Positions 51,050 to 64,000 of a DNA stretch of 64,000 nt are shown piece by piece; the first letter of the stretch is position 1; each line of letters opens with the position of its first letter. A program made the position numbers and the translations under genes. The DNA is from Azolla caroliniana (Eukaryota > Plantae > Polypodiophyta): positions 2,666,001-2,730,000 of the forward strand of contig JBHGNT010000007.1 in the NCBI GenBank assembly GCA_043228905.1. The letters run 5' to 3'. The notes beneath the pieces were generated by a model that worked only from the letters and a program-made list of their open reading frames with translations, did not search any database and had not been told where the DNA came from.

Positions 51050-54000
51050 TGTTGGGTATGTGAGGAAGAGTGGGAAACACACAAGAAGCTCAAAGAAAGA
51101 AGCACTCACACAAGGAAGGCAATGGCTGAAATAGCTCTCTATTGATGAATGTTCCTAAAAAAATAGGAGCTGAAATATATATCCCTAAGTACTAAGTACC
51201 ACCACATATGAGTGACTCATGTATGTGGTAACATGGGGAAAAAACCTCTAGCCAGCACTAGAGTAAAAAGTGCCCATGTATAGGGAAAATGGTTCACATC
51301 AAAGCTACTAGAGGAACACGCAAGTGTAACAAACCCCCCTGGAGCGAATGATGTGAACATGTACAAGGAGTGACAGATCAGCCCCCACAAGGCAATAAGC
51401 CTAAAGCTTTGCGAAAAGCTTCAAACTTTTCTCGTGGAAGAGCTTTGGTGAATATGTCTGCCACGTTATCTTGTGTAGGCACATATACCAAATCAATATC
51501 TCCTGCATGAAAGCGCTCTCTCACATAGTGATAATGCACCTCAATGTGTTTGGTCCGTGCATGAAATACAGGATTTCGTGCAATAGCCAATGCACTCTGA
51601 CTATCTGTGAGAATACGTGTAGCAACTTCAATCTCCATGCAAAGATCCATCAAAAGGCGTCTTAGCCATATACACTCCACTGTAGCTGTGAAAACTGCCC
51701 TGTACTCAGCTTCACAACTTGATGTCGCCACTGTAGGTTGCTTTTTACTCAACCAAGATATACATGAGTTTCCAAAGAAAAAGCAATTACCACTAGTGGA
51801 CACGCGAGTATCATAACAACCAGCCCAATCACTATCTGTAAAAGCATGCAAGCATGGCTGAGTATCTCTGCCATAAAAGAGACCCAAGCTCAAAGTGCCT
51901 CTAAGATATCTGAACACACGTTTCACTGCTTGCCAATGCTTAGTGCCAGGGCTATGCATGAATCGACTCAATTGGGAGACTGTATACTGTATATCCGGCC
52001 TTGTATTGCATGCATATATAAGACATCCCACAGCTTGTTGATAAAGAGAAGTATCAAACGCATCACTAGAATCCTCAACAGAGAACCTAAATCCTGTCTC
52101 CACAGGTGTATAAACCGGCTTGCAATCCTCAAAGTCAAAACGCTGAAGTAGTTTTTCAACATACTTTCCTTGATGCATAAACATTCCCCCCTCAACGGAT
52201 ACAAACTGGATGCCAAGATAGTAGCTCAAAAGACCAAGATAAGTGACTTCAAAAGTATGCTGCAAATCAGCCATAAGAAAATCGAGTTTTGCATCACATG
52301 ACCCAGTCAAGAGTATGTCATCAACATAAAGAACGAGCACTAGAAGATCAGCCCCATCTTTGCGTACATAAAGTGTGCTTTCAATCGGACTACATGTGAA
52401 GCCAAGAGAAATCAAGTGCTTATGGATTTTTTCATACCATGCACGCGGAGCTTGCTTGAGACCATACAAGGCCTTATGCAAGCGACAAACCATATGCTCT
52501 TTCTCTTTCGTAGCAAATCCAGGAGGTTGCTTCACATAAACCTCTTCTTGCAAATCACCATTTAAAAAGGCTGTTTTTATGTCCAATTGATGCATTTTCC
52601 AACCTCTTTGGGCAGCCAATGCAACCACGGTACGAATGGTAGTCATGCGTGAAGTAGGTGCAAAAGTTTCCTCAATCAATGCCATATTGTTGGGCATATC
52701 CTTTGGCAACCAATCTAGCTTTGTAGCGATCAATACTACCATCGGGCTTTCGTTTAATCTTGTAAACCCACCTAGTACCAATCACATTCTTTCCTTTTGG
52801 CAATTTACATAACTCCCAAGTACCATTTTTATGAATGGAATCCATTTCTGATTGCATAGCACTCATCCAATGTGGATCATCACATGCATCTTCAAAAGTA
52901 AGTGGCTCCTCATTACATGCTATTGCAACAATAGAATAATCCACAAAATTACCTGATGCATGGCGAGAGCTTGATCTTGTTTTACCAAGTAAAGGTGCAC
53001 TCAATTTGCTATCTTGCAAAGTTTGTTTCAGCCACCTCAGCATAGTTTGTGACCTCTCGATAGCCATACGTTCATTATGTAATGCATCTTCAATATGTAC
53101 ATCATGCGTGGGCTGAATTTCATGCTCATTTTCAGCCACATTTGGTTGGACATTTCGTGCATTTTCAACACTTATTTGCTGGAAATTTTTATCCCTTTGA
53201 GACTCACTTGGCTGGTCTACATGTCCATGGTCAAGCGCAGCACTTTGGAACAAAGGCATGAGTGTATCAAACACATCTTGTGAGCTAACTGTTGGTTGTT
53301 TTTTGCATTCAAGAAAAGGGAAAGCTGAATTTTCAGCAAATACCACATCTCGACTCACAATAATTGTGTCCGTCAATGGATGATACAAACGATATCCCTT
53401 ACTTTCCGCACTATAACCAACAAATATGCATTTCTTTGCCTTGTCATCAAGTTTGTGACGTTGTTGTGATGGCACAAGAGCATATGCCAAACAACCGAAC
53501 ACACGCATATGACTAACCATAGGTTTATGTCCATTCCAAGCCTCATATGGCGTAATGACTCTCAACGCTTTTGTAGGGCAACGATTCAACACATAATTTG
53601 CACACATAACCGCTTCCATCCAAAACTTGTTAGGAAGATGCTTTCCTTTAACCATACATCGTGCCATCTCTAAGAGTGTTCTATTTTTGCGTTCTGCAAC
53701 ACCATTTTGTTGAGGTGTATATGGCACCGTACATTGATGTAAAATACCTCTTTCACAAAGAAAAGCATTAAACTCATGTGACATATATTCGCCACCACGA
53801 TCCGTGCGTAGAGTCAAGAGCTTATTTGCGGAAAAATTTTCAGCCATAGCTAAAAATGATTTGAAGCAAGAAAAGACTTCATTCTTTGCTTTCATAGGAT
53901 ACACCCATGTATGACGAGTAGCATCATCAATGAAGGTAACAAAATATACATGCTTTCCAAAAGATGGAGTCTTTACAGGACCACACACATCACTATGAAC

Positions 54001-56082
54001 AAGTTGTAATTTTCTTGTAGTGTGTGTATGACTATCTTTTGGAAAAGAAGCACGATGCATTTTTCCAAGAATGCAACCTTCACATGCATGTTTTTCAATG
54101 GACTCAAGTGTAGGCAACCCAATAACCATATCCTTCTTTTGCAAGTGAAGCAAACTATTGAAGTTCAAGTGACCAAAACGAGCATGCCAAAGCTCCATTT
54201 CAGCCATGGAAGAAGTATGTACAGCCAAGGCATTTAGAGAAGCCCTCTTGTATGTATCTAAACGGTACAAGCCATTGCATAATGTACCGGACATCACGAT
54301 AACATCACCATTGCTATAATCGTGAACCATGCACTTATCATCAACAAAATGTACATGAAGTCCGGCTTTGGCAATCAAAGGAACCGAAATTAAGTTCTTC
54401 TTGATACCGGGCACATACAATACATTCTTTAAGATGACAACACCTCCATTTGCAGCCGAAAGCTCAATTTCTCCTACTCCAATGATAGGATAAGAGGCAT
54501 TGTTTGCACATACCACATGTCCACCTTTGGGTGCATCTTTCAAGGATGCAAAAAAACTTTTGCATGAAGTAATGTGCTTTGAAGCACCACTATCAAAGAA
54601 CCAATCCGAATCAATCTCACTTACAACCATACATTTAGAGTGCAATGATGCATCATAATGATATGTAACAACACATGCCCAATAATCTTGAGCCATGTTG
54701 GCCTCATCACTCTGCACTTGAAACATTTTCAGAAATGGTCATGCCGGATTCCTTCTTCTTCTCATTGCGCTTAACAAGCTTTCTACATTCTTCAATCGTA
54801 TGGCCAACCTTTCGACAATATTTGCATCTTTTCTTCTTTTGCAAATCACCATCATTAGAGGAATAAGTGAAAGAGGGAGGTTGAGGCTTTGGTTTTGAAG
54901 AACCAAAAGCTGAACCATGCTTGCCTTTTCCTTTTTGTGAGATAGCAAGTGCTTGTGTTCCCTCTATCAAACCACTTCTATTCACTCTAGATTGTTCTTC
55001 TTGCAAAAGAAGAGACACAACCTCATCAAATGCGTACATATCCGTATTCCCTTTTGCAACCAAACGAATAGTAGTAGCAAAGCTTTGAAAAGATTCGGGT
55101 AATCCTTTCAACAACGTAGAGACAAGTGATGTATTCGAAATGATCTCATCAATGTTTGCCAATTGCTCTTTCAAATCTTTAATGCGTGTCACATACACAT
55201 CTACCGACTCATTTTCAGCCATATATACATCCTCAAGTTGCTTTCTCAAATATGCAACACGTGCTTCGTTACGCACGGCATACAACGAAGCAAGAGTGTC
55301 CCATGCTTGTTTGGACGTAGAGCATGACCGAATATGTGGAACTATATGACGCTTCACAGAAAGTGCAATCAATGCATGAGCTTGAGCATCTTTTCCATCC
55401 CATCTAAGTTGCTCTTGTGTTGGTGGAGTAGATGAAGTCACTGTGCTCGAAGATGAACCTGTATCTGTGATAGTAGACTGTGAAGTAGTAGGACCGGCGG
55501 GGCGTCGATCTACATCTACCACTATGTTCCATAGTTGTTTGGCAACAAGAACGTGTTTCATCATGTAGGACCACATTGGATAGTTTGTCCCATCAAGCTT
55601 ATCTTCAGCTTGAAGCATGCCAAACAAATCACCATTGTTTGCCATTTTACCAAAGAACAAGAAAAATGCGCTCCAAGTGCTGAAATACACTTCTCTATAT
55701 TCGGAAGTTGATTTGCACAATGAAAAGTGCGCGCGTGCCGCGACACCGCGATGCGGACAACCGAAGATGGAGAGGATGAAGAACTTGGCTCTGATACCAC
55801 TGTTGGGTATGTGAGGAAGAGTGGGAAACACACAAGAAGCTCAAAGAAAGAAGCACTCACACAAGGAAGGCAATGGCTGAAATAGCTCTCTATTGATGAA
55901 TGTTCCTAAAAAAATAGGAGCTGAAATATATATCCCTAAGTACTAAGTACCACCACATATGAGTGACTCATGTATGTGGTAACATGGGGAAAAAACCTCT
56001 AGCCAGCACTAGAGTAAAAAGTGCCCATGTATAGGGAAAATGATTCACATCAAAGCTACTAGAGGAACACGCAAGTGTAACA
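51050..56082 (-). mobile_element. Young full-length Ty1/copia retrotransposon; LTRs 51050-51331 and 55801-56082; gag-pol with two frameshifts
   Basis: Perfect TSD AATAT; PBS TGGTATCAGAGC (55788-55799); PPT at 51332-51340; 282-bp LTRs with one mismatch seen; CKYC..GHTIEEC, FDSGAS, HSDVCGP, YVDD and ADIFTK motifs. Confidence 0.97.
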
Positions 56083-57427
56083 AATATAACAAATCAAAAA
56101 ACACACTAACAAAACAATAAACCCTACCCTTAAGACGTCTAAACTCCTTAGTATAGACTCTCTCAATACTTATTAAGATGTCCAATGTGTCCTTGTTCTT
56201 GCCTTCTTGCTCCTTCTCTTTGCAAGAGGTTTTCATCATGAGCTTATGAAAAGCTCATCAATTTCTTTTAGCAACCATCTGCAAGTCCGTAGTAGCAACT
56301 GTTACGGGCATGACCATTTAACCCTTACACTTATCCACGTGTATAGAATACTACGGTAAATTCTCACCATGGGATATTAAATGGCCATGCCCGTAACAGC
56401 AACAATACAAAGAGTGCACGACTTGTTTGCACCAAATGCACATTTTTTCGCACCCGAGTGCATATCTTTGTGTCAATGGAGTTATGCCAAAGTGTCGAGA
56501 TTGTTTTGTCAAGGAATTTAGATCGTCATATTCCCGATTAATGACAAAGTCAAAGTGGTTGTCACGCATTCTCAAGTTGTGAACCTTGCATACCTAAACT
56601 AAGCGAACACTAACATTACCAAGAGTCTAACCAATGGCTCATTAAGGCTTAAGCATTAAACAATATAAACAAATAAAACCAATATGACTATAGAGAATAA
56701 TCACACTTCGATTTATTAAGATTTCCAACTTAAATACAATAGAAGGAGATATTAGGGTTTTGCTCCAAGAGCACTTAAAAATATTAGTCTCTCTAAAAAT
56801 ATGATAGAGATAAAGATCTCTAGCTTGAAGGCTTGAAAAAACAGCGAGATTAACAAAAAACTAAAAATGTCAAAAAGTAACTTTTATAGTTGTTTACAAC
56901 AAGACTTTGTTCCCTTTCACATTGGAGAAACCCTAAGGCTTACCTTTATTATACTTTATGAGTCTTCCTCTCTTCTCTCTTGATCCCACACTTGTGTTCT
57001 TTTGTACCGATGTTGATATCACTTCTTCTTTTTATAAAAGATTTTCTTCAATAGTATTAAGAACAAAATGCCCGAAGGCTACAACTTGAACCTAGCTACC
57101 AAGGAGGTTACAACTTTTCCTATACAATGATGTAAAATACAAGGTTACATTTGTTGATATTCAAGAAAGAGTCCATGGAAGTCGATATTGCCATTGAGAC
57201 TCTTGAGTTGGCATTGTAAACAAGGGCACCTTTTTCCATAAGTGAAGAAGCTTTTTCCTTTTCTTGTTCACAGTATCTAGGGACCCTGCATATTGTCATA
57301 CTGGCCACGGACTACTGCTAGCAAGTTCTCCCATATCTCAAACATCACATCTGAGAGATGAATGTCTACCCCATCATAAAGTCGGTTACATCAATATTTC
57401 CATAATGCCCATAATGTTATTGTGGTT

Positions 57428-60425
57428 TGTTGACATATTTTGGATAATGATGTGTGTGAACACATTTAGGACAGTAATGTGTAAACACACTTAGGACAAT
57501 GATGTGTGTGAACACACTTAGGACTATAGCGGCATTTTTTCCCTCTTTAGGAGGATTTTTCCCCCTGTCTAAAAATACTCTTACAACCCTAAAGTGGTGT
57601 AAGTTTTTGGGGATTCAAAATAAGAACCCAACAATGGTATCAGAGCTAAAAAGCAACATTTGAGCAACAACGCAACGGCTCTCATACGCAGTCCGTCTGT
57701 GCCATCTGTGGCATTTTTCTGTTGTTGAAAAAACAAATTTCTGCGTGTTTTCTTCCTCTACGTAGTTTCAGTTGTGTTTTTTTTTTCTACTTCCAAGTCG
57801 ATTCAATCCTAGAAAAAGCCTCCTTGAGTCTTCCAAGACATTCTTACAACCCTCAGAAATCAGATTTGCTTCCCTTTTCTCTTCGCTTGTTCATCTTTCA
57901 AGTCAAAGAGGTACGTTATTCCCTTTTATTCATTCAGTAGTTCATTTTTTTACATCAAAACGTGTTCAGTCCACGGCCATGGCTGAGAACAACGATGTAT
58001 TTCGAATCCTTGCTGTTGAGGATAAACTGGATGGAACAAATTACCCTTATTGGGCTTATATGATGCGCCATGTATTAGTAGCAAAGGGGTTGTGGAATGT
58101 GGTTCAAGGGGCTGAAAAATGTCTTGTTGTTGAGAACACAAATGCAAATGGTACTGATTCTGTTGAGGATGTTGATCATCCTGTTCATGCCCATGCTACA
58201 GTTTCTATTGTACCAACTGCAGAGCAACTTCATTGGGATGGTAGAGATGCTCAGGCACATGCTTTGATAGCTTTGTCTATGAAACGTGCCATTATTCCCC
58301 ATATTCACTCTTGTAAGACAGCAAAGGATGCTTGGGATACTCTTACCACTTTGTGCCAAGAAAGAAATGAGGCTCGTGTTGCTTATCTCCGAAAACAATT
58401 GGAGAGCGATCACATGAATGAAGGTGATTCTATGGAAAGTTTTCTGACAAAAATCAAATATTTAAAGGAACAATTAATTTCTGCTGATGGAAATGATATC
58501 AGATAGTTCACTTGTGCAGACCATTCTAAATGGTCTTCCTGATTCATATCAGAGTTTTGCTTCTACTCTTTGTTTAATGATGAAAGGCAATCCCAATGCC
58601 TTATCATTCGAGGATCTAGTCTCTGTTTTGTTATAGGAAGATCAGTCTAGGCAAAACGGGTCTATTATGCTTGTTGTAGATCAAGCTTTCTTAACTAGTC
58701 AGAAGGGCAAAGGTAAATGGAACTCTTCTGCTAGCAAGGAAAGATTTGCTAATAATTCACAAGTGAATGAAAAAAAACAAGAGCAAGAACAAAAACTATT
58801 TTGCAAATATTGTAAAGGAATTGATCATATTATAAAGAATTGTCCAAAATTGGTTGTAAAAGAGGCAAAGAAAAAAGAGGTAGGACTCGTTGTTGCAAAA
58901 GTTTCTGCACCAAAAACTAAGTCTACATCTTGTGCAGAATGAAGAATGGGCATTTACTATTATTTGTAGTTTTCACCCATCTTCACTTCAATAATGTATG
59001 TCTGTTGTACAATCAAATGTTTGGTACTTCAACAGTGGGGCAACCAAACATATTACCTCGCAGTGTGATTTCTTCGCTTCATTGGAGCCTGCCCCTACAG
59101 GGAATACTATCACATGTGCCAACAACTCATCTTATCCAGTTATGGGTGTTGGTAAGATCATTTTGACTACTTCTGATGGTAGTCCTTTCATCTTGTTAGA
59201 TGCTTTGTTTGTGCCAGGGATCAACAAAAATATGTTGTCAGTTTCAGCATTAGCCAAGGTTGGCTTGGTTATTGAATTTGTTGATGACAGGTGTACAGTT
59301 CATGATTTGTCCAATGGGGATGTTATTATTGCTTCTGGCATTTTATGTCGTGGTCTGTATAACCTCATAGATTATGAAAGATCTATAAATGATTCAGCCT
59401 ATGCAATACAAGATTCTTAGGCTATTTCAGATGCAAAGATTTGGCATGCACGCTTTGGTCATCTGAATTTTGCAAGTTTGCTTCACCTGCAGAAATCTGA
59501 AATGGTGTCCTCCTTGCCCAAACTTGAGGCACCTCAGAAGCATGTTTGTGAAGGTTGTATTTTGGGCAAAATGCAACGTTCATCCTCTCCAAAAGATGGT
59601 TCAGTTAGAGCTACACAAAAATTGCAGCTTGTTCATAGTGATGTTTGTGGTCCTATGTAGACACATTCTCTTGGGAACTATCTTTACTTCGTGACTTTCA
59701 TTGATGAATTTTCTTGGCACGCATGGGTATATCCATTGAAGGCAAAGTCCGAAGTGTTTCTGTGCTTCAAACAATTTCTAGCTTTGGCTGAGAATTTGTC
59801 ATCATGTAAAATGGGCACCCTCCATTCTGATCGGGGGGGGGGGGAGTATATGTCTTCTGAGTTTAATGCATTTCTGGTTGAACGTGGGATAAAACATCAG
59901 TGTACAATGTCATATATACCTCAACAAAATGGAGTTGCTGAAAGAAAGAACATGTCACTCATGGAAATGGCGAGGTGTATGCTCAAAAATCAGGCCTTAC
60001 CACATAGTTTTTAGCTTGAGGTTGTCATGTGTGCAGCATATGTACTTAATAGGTGTCCCACTAAAGCACTACACTCTATCACTCCATATGAAGCTTGGCA
60101 TGGCCAAAAGCCATCTGTTGCTCATTTGCGTGTTTTTGGTTGTTTGGCATATGCATTAGTGCCTAAACAACAACGCAAAAAATTGGATGATAAAGTAGTG
60201 AAATGTATTTTTGTAGGATATAGTTCTGAAAGTAAAGGCTATCGTCTATATCATCCACAATCTAAACGCATTTTGGTTCGCCGTGATGTTGTTTTTGTGG
60301 AGGATGCAATTCAGCCACTTCTTTCATGTACGAAGGAGACATCAGTTAGCTCCAAAGATGTGTATGACACTTTGTTACCTTTGTTTACAAGTGGACAATT
60401 AAGTGTTGACCCACTTGAGGCACCT
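57428..60425 (+). mobile_element. Degenerate copia related to 51050-56082 (5' LTR end, PBS, gag, protease, integrase), cut off by a later insertion
   Basis: ...CCCAACA then TGGTATCAGAGC (57635-57646); EDKLDGTNYPYWAYMM, HSDVCGPM and QQNGVAERKN motifs; left LTR boundary uncertain. Confidence 0.85.
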
Positions 60426-63400
60426 TGTAAATGTTATCGTGCGGAAGCGTTAGACAAACCGGCTCAGCCGAATAGCAATAGAGAAATACACGGGAGAGAC
60501 AGAGAGAGCAGAACGTAAACGTAGATTCAAAAATGACTCTAAAACTCTGTACATACAACGTGCTAAACAGCACTATTTATACAAGCCCATAAAGGACTAA
60601 CAAAAGTACTGACAAGTACTTCAATATTCCTACGTGCGACTGACACTAACTACGAGACAATGATTACCTAGTAGTCTAGGCTACTACTAGGCTTCCGGTT
60701 CCCACTCGAATCCGTCTCCCTGATCCGGCCGGTTGTTTCCAGATACCGATCCAGCCCATCCTTCCGAATGCCGATCCAGCTCAGGCTTATTCAACCGATC
60801 CGGATCCGGTTGAGCTTGCTCGCTCAACACTCCCCCTCAAGCTCAACTTGAGGTCGGATCGTGGTGTTAGTGTCTGTGGCAACCAGTTCTTCTACGCGGC
60901 TCCTTCTAGCGTTGCTCCACCTTGCTCACACTCCTCGTTCAGTCCAATCCTGTTTGTCGCGACCCTTCTGGTTCTACGCACCTCGACCTCCTCGGTCGGC
61001 TTGTCTGCTCAACAGGCCCATTTCAGCTCCCTCGTTGTTGCAACTCAGGCGCTTGTCGACCCGTCTGTTCCTCCCTGTTTGTGTCAACTTTCGCTGCGTC
61101 CGTGTCTGCTTGGCCTTTAGTTGATTTGGCTCCTCCGAATCCAATTGATGAAGCGAATCGGTTGTCTCTGATTCGTTCCCACTCTTGTCCGAGTCGGTGT
61201 TCTCCAACTCGTCTTCCAGTTTCAAGCCCTTCACCACATTAGACCATGTCTGGGTCTTGGCCTTCTTCTTCCGGTCGGCTCTGTCCTTCTTAACTCTACC
61301 GCTTGCTCCGACTTGTTTGGATGTGCTGACTTCCTTTGTCGACTCGGCTTCCTTTTTCCCTTTGTCTCCCCCTTTGTTAGTTCTTTCTTCCTCTCCGGCT
61401 CCTTGTCCGGTGCCATCCGTTCCCTTTCCTTTTCTCCCCCTCAAGTGCGGCACATCGAGATGCTGAACACCAAGAATTTCGGTGAAGTGTTGCAACTTTC
61501 CGATCCTAGCGGCTTGGTGAAGATGTTGGCAACCTGTCGATCCGTGGGAACATACCAAAGTTCAACTTCACCGCTTAGGACCCGCTCACGAACAAAGTGA
61601 TAATGCACTTCTATGTGGTTTGTCCAAGCATGGAATGAAGGGTTCTTGGTGAGCTGAATGCTGCTCATGTTGTCACAATAGATCAAGATTGGGGTCAGTA
61701 CCTCGATCCGAAGGTCACGCAACAGTCGTTGAAGCCAGATGGCTTCACAGGTGGCATTGGTAGCACCCCAGTATTCAGCCTCAATGCTCGACAGAGCAAC
61801 TGTTGGCTGCTTTTTGTTGCTCCACGCAACAGTCGCGCTACCCAGAGAAAACATGTAACCAGAGGTGGATCGGCGATCCGATCCATCACCGGCCCAATCG
61901 GCATCTGTATATCCGACTAGCTCTTTGGTTATACCATGTCGGTATACCAATCCCCGATCCTTCATGCTACTCACATACTAGAGTGTCTGGTGTGCGCACT
62001 GAACGTGCTCAACAATCGGCTTCTACATGAACTAGTTGATCACTCCGACTGGGTAACTGAGGTCAGGTCGAGTGATTGTCAAGTATATGAGGCTTGCCGC
62101 TTCTGCGTAGATCTCCGGCTCACACACTTCCGCCACTTTGGTCATGTATGTATAGTGATGCGCCATGTACTCATTGTACCCGTACCACGTAACGGGGTTC
62201 TTCATGCGGGAAGACCAGCGCAACTTGTCATCACCCGGTTTGGGGCCCTTCTTGGCCGGTTCAGGCTTCGTTCCTGAAGATCTGCCTTCATCCTTTCCGG
62301 AGTTGGATTATCTCTTATCCGACTTAACGTTGTCAGTTTCGTATTCTGGCATCTTCTTCTTCCCCTTCTCTTTGCGCGTGAACCGTCTCCTCGGTTCCTT
62401 GCGCGGGGAGAGCACGGCAGAGTCTCCACTACTCGCCAGTTCTTCATCTGACTGGTCATCTCGACTCAGCCGCTCATTCAGTCCATTGAGCCGGAATGAG
62501 ATCGGACTCTCTTCTAGAGTGTCGAAGTCTTCATCTTCTACCTGGACCTCCTCGGGCTCACTAGCCTCATCTTCTGGAATCGGGTCTTCGTCGGGAGTTG
62601 GAGTCGGTAAGGAGTACCATGATACCGTCTCATCAAACTCGACATCTCGGCTTACTCGAACCTGCTTAGTCTGGGGGTTATAGCACTTATACCCCTTCTG
62701 CTCATGCGAGTAGCCGACTAGGATGCATTTCTCCGACTTCAGATCTAGCTTCTTCCGCTTCTCATCCGGTACATGCACATATGCTATGCTACCAAATATC
62801 CGAAGGTGTCTCAAATTCGGCTTCCGCCCGAAATACAGCTCATGTGATGACACCTTGTCTCCGATCCGGTTTTGGATGTAAACGGCCGTCCATACTGCCT
62901 CAGCCTAGTAGAATTGGGGCATTCTCTTCTCCTCCAACATTGCCCTTGCCGCGTCGACAATCGACCGGTTTTTCCTTTCGGCCACACCATTTTGCTCTGG
63001 CGTGTATCTGCAGTTGAATTCTCTCCGAATTCCGTTCTGCTGCAAATAACTGTTGAATTGACCAGAAAAGTATTCTTTTCCGCCATCCGACCACAAGCAC
63101 TTGACCTTCCTCTCCGTTTCCCATTCAACTAAGCTTTGCAAGTTCCGGAAACATTCAAACACTTCGCTCTTCCGTTCGATGAGGTAGATCCACGTGTGTC
63201 GGCTTTAGTCGTCGATGAAGGAGACAAAATATCGACTCCCACCAAGACTAACGTTCTGTGTCGGTCCCCATACATCTGAATGTATTAGATCGAGCTTGTT
63301 ACGGCTCCGGTTTCGTTCGGTGGGTAATGGAAGCCGGTGTTGCTTCTCGAGTTGGTAGGCTTCACAAATTTCGGCCTTCCGACCATTGAATTTCGGCAAA

Positions 63401-64000
63401 CCGAAGACAACTTGTTTCGATTGCAGGTCCTGAAGCCTCCAGTAGTTGACGTGGCCAATCCGCTTGTGACACAGGTCGATGTCCGACTTGACCTTCTGCC
63501 CATTTGCAAACATGGCGGTGCCAACGTCATTGGTGTTGAGGATGAACATCCTCCCTTCTCTACGCCCTTGCGCAATTATCCGGCATTCTTCCTCGATGAA
63601 GCACCCTAGGTGCATAAACCGCACCTGCATCCCCTGGTCGACGATTTGTCCAACTGACACCAGGTTCTTTGTGATAGTCGGAACGTGTAGTACATTCATC
63701 AGCTTCCCCTTTTGTCTGACATGGCTTAAAGGGACTTTTATGACATGCACAATTGGGTGAGGGGTGTCGTCTCCGGTTTCGACAATCCCCGGTTGTTCCG
63801 GCTTCTCCAAAAAGGAGAACCACTCTTCATGGCTCGTCATGTGGTTGGATGCTCCGGAATCAACGTACCATACTTCCTCCGATTTGGAAGTAGTCTTCTT
63901 CATCGAGTTAGCCTTGTTCTTCATCACAAAGGCTGGTCCTTTACCGATTTTCCCGGTTCTAGATCCATCCGATCCTTCCGTGTAGTGCAAGCTTTGATGG
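60426..64000 (-). mobile_element. Copia element running off the window: 3' LTR 60426-60829, protease, integrase, RT core deleted, RNase H and a 3' extra ORF-like region
   Basis: WYVDSGASNH, HSDVWGP and EQNGVAERKN motifs; EPEIYAEAA fused to SLIYLTITRPDL near 62100; YTDADWAG; PPT at 60830-60840. Confidence 0.9.

Noticed and set aside
57120-57400. Possible LINE reverse transcriptase remnant (similar hints at 40640-41270 and 33100-34200)
   Set aside because: Too degenerate; no diagnostic motif could be read with confidence.
54700-58945. Possible conserved programmed +1 frameshift at the gag/pol boundary (GTGCAGARTGA in both related copia elements)
   Set aside because: Protein alignment places the two breaks about 7 codons apart, and the 57428 element has many other lesions, so independent indels explain it.

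Overview
Eukaryotic, land-plant genomic DNA (probably a non-seed plant such as a fern; this is an inference). One intact host gene, a 12-exon ARABIDILLO-type F-box/LRR/armadillo gene (24639-32364, +, 925 aa), lies among nested transposable elements: Ty1/copia and Ty3/gypsy elements, solo LTRs, hAT-type MITEs, a TIR element with a foldback, and a tandem chimeric pair of captured gene fragments. The most striking pattern is a gypsy group with TGTC/TGTT...GACA ends and a tRNA-Trp primer site. Its four two-sided insertions have 4-bp target duplications that are, or reconstruct to, CpG-centred MCGK, and a fifth one-sided flank fits. One member encodes only gag-protease and carries antisense tRNA-like Pol III modules in its LTRs. 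All boundaries and alignments were read by eye; no searches were run.
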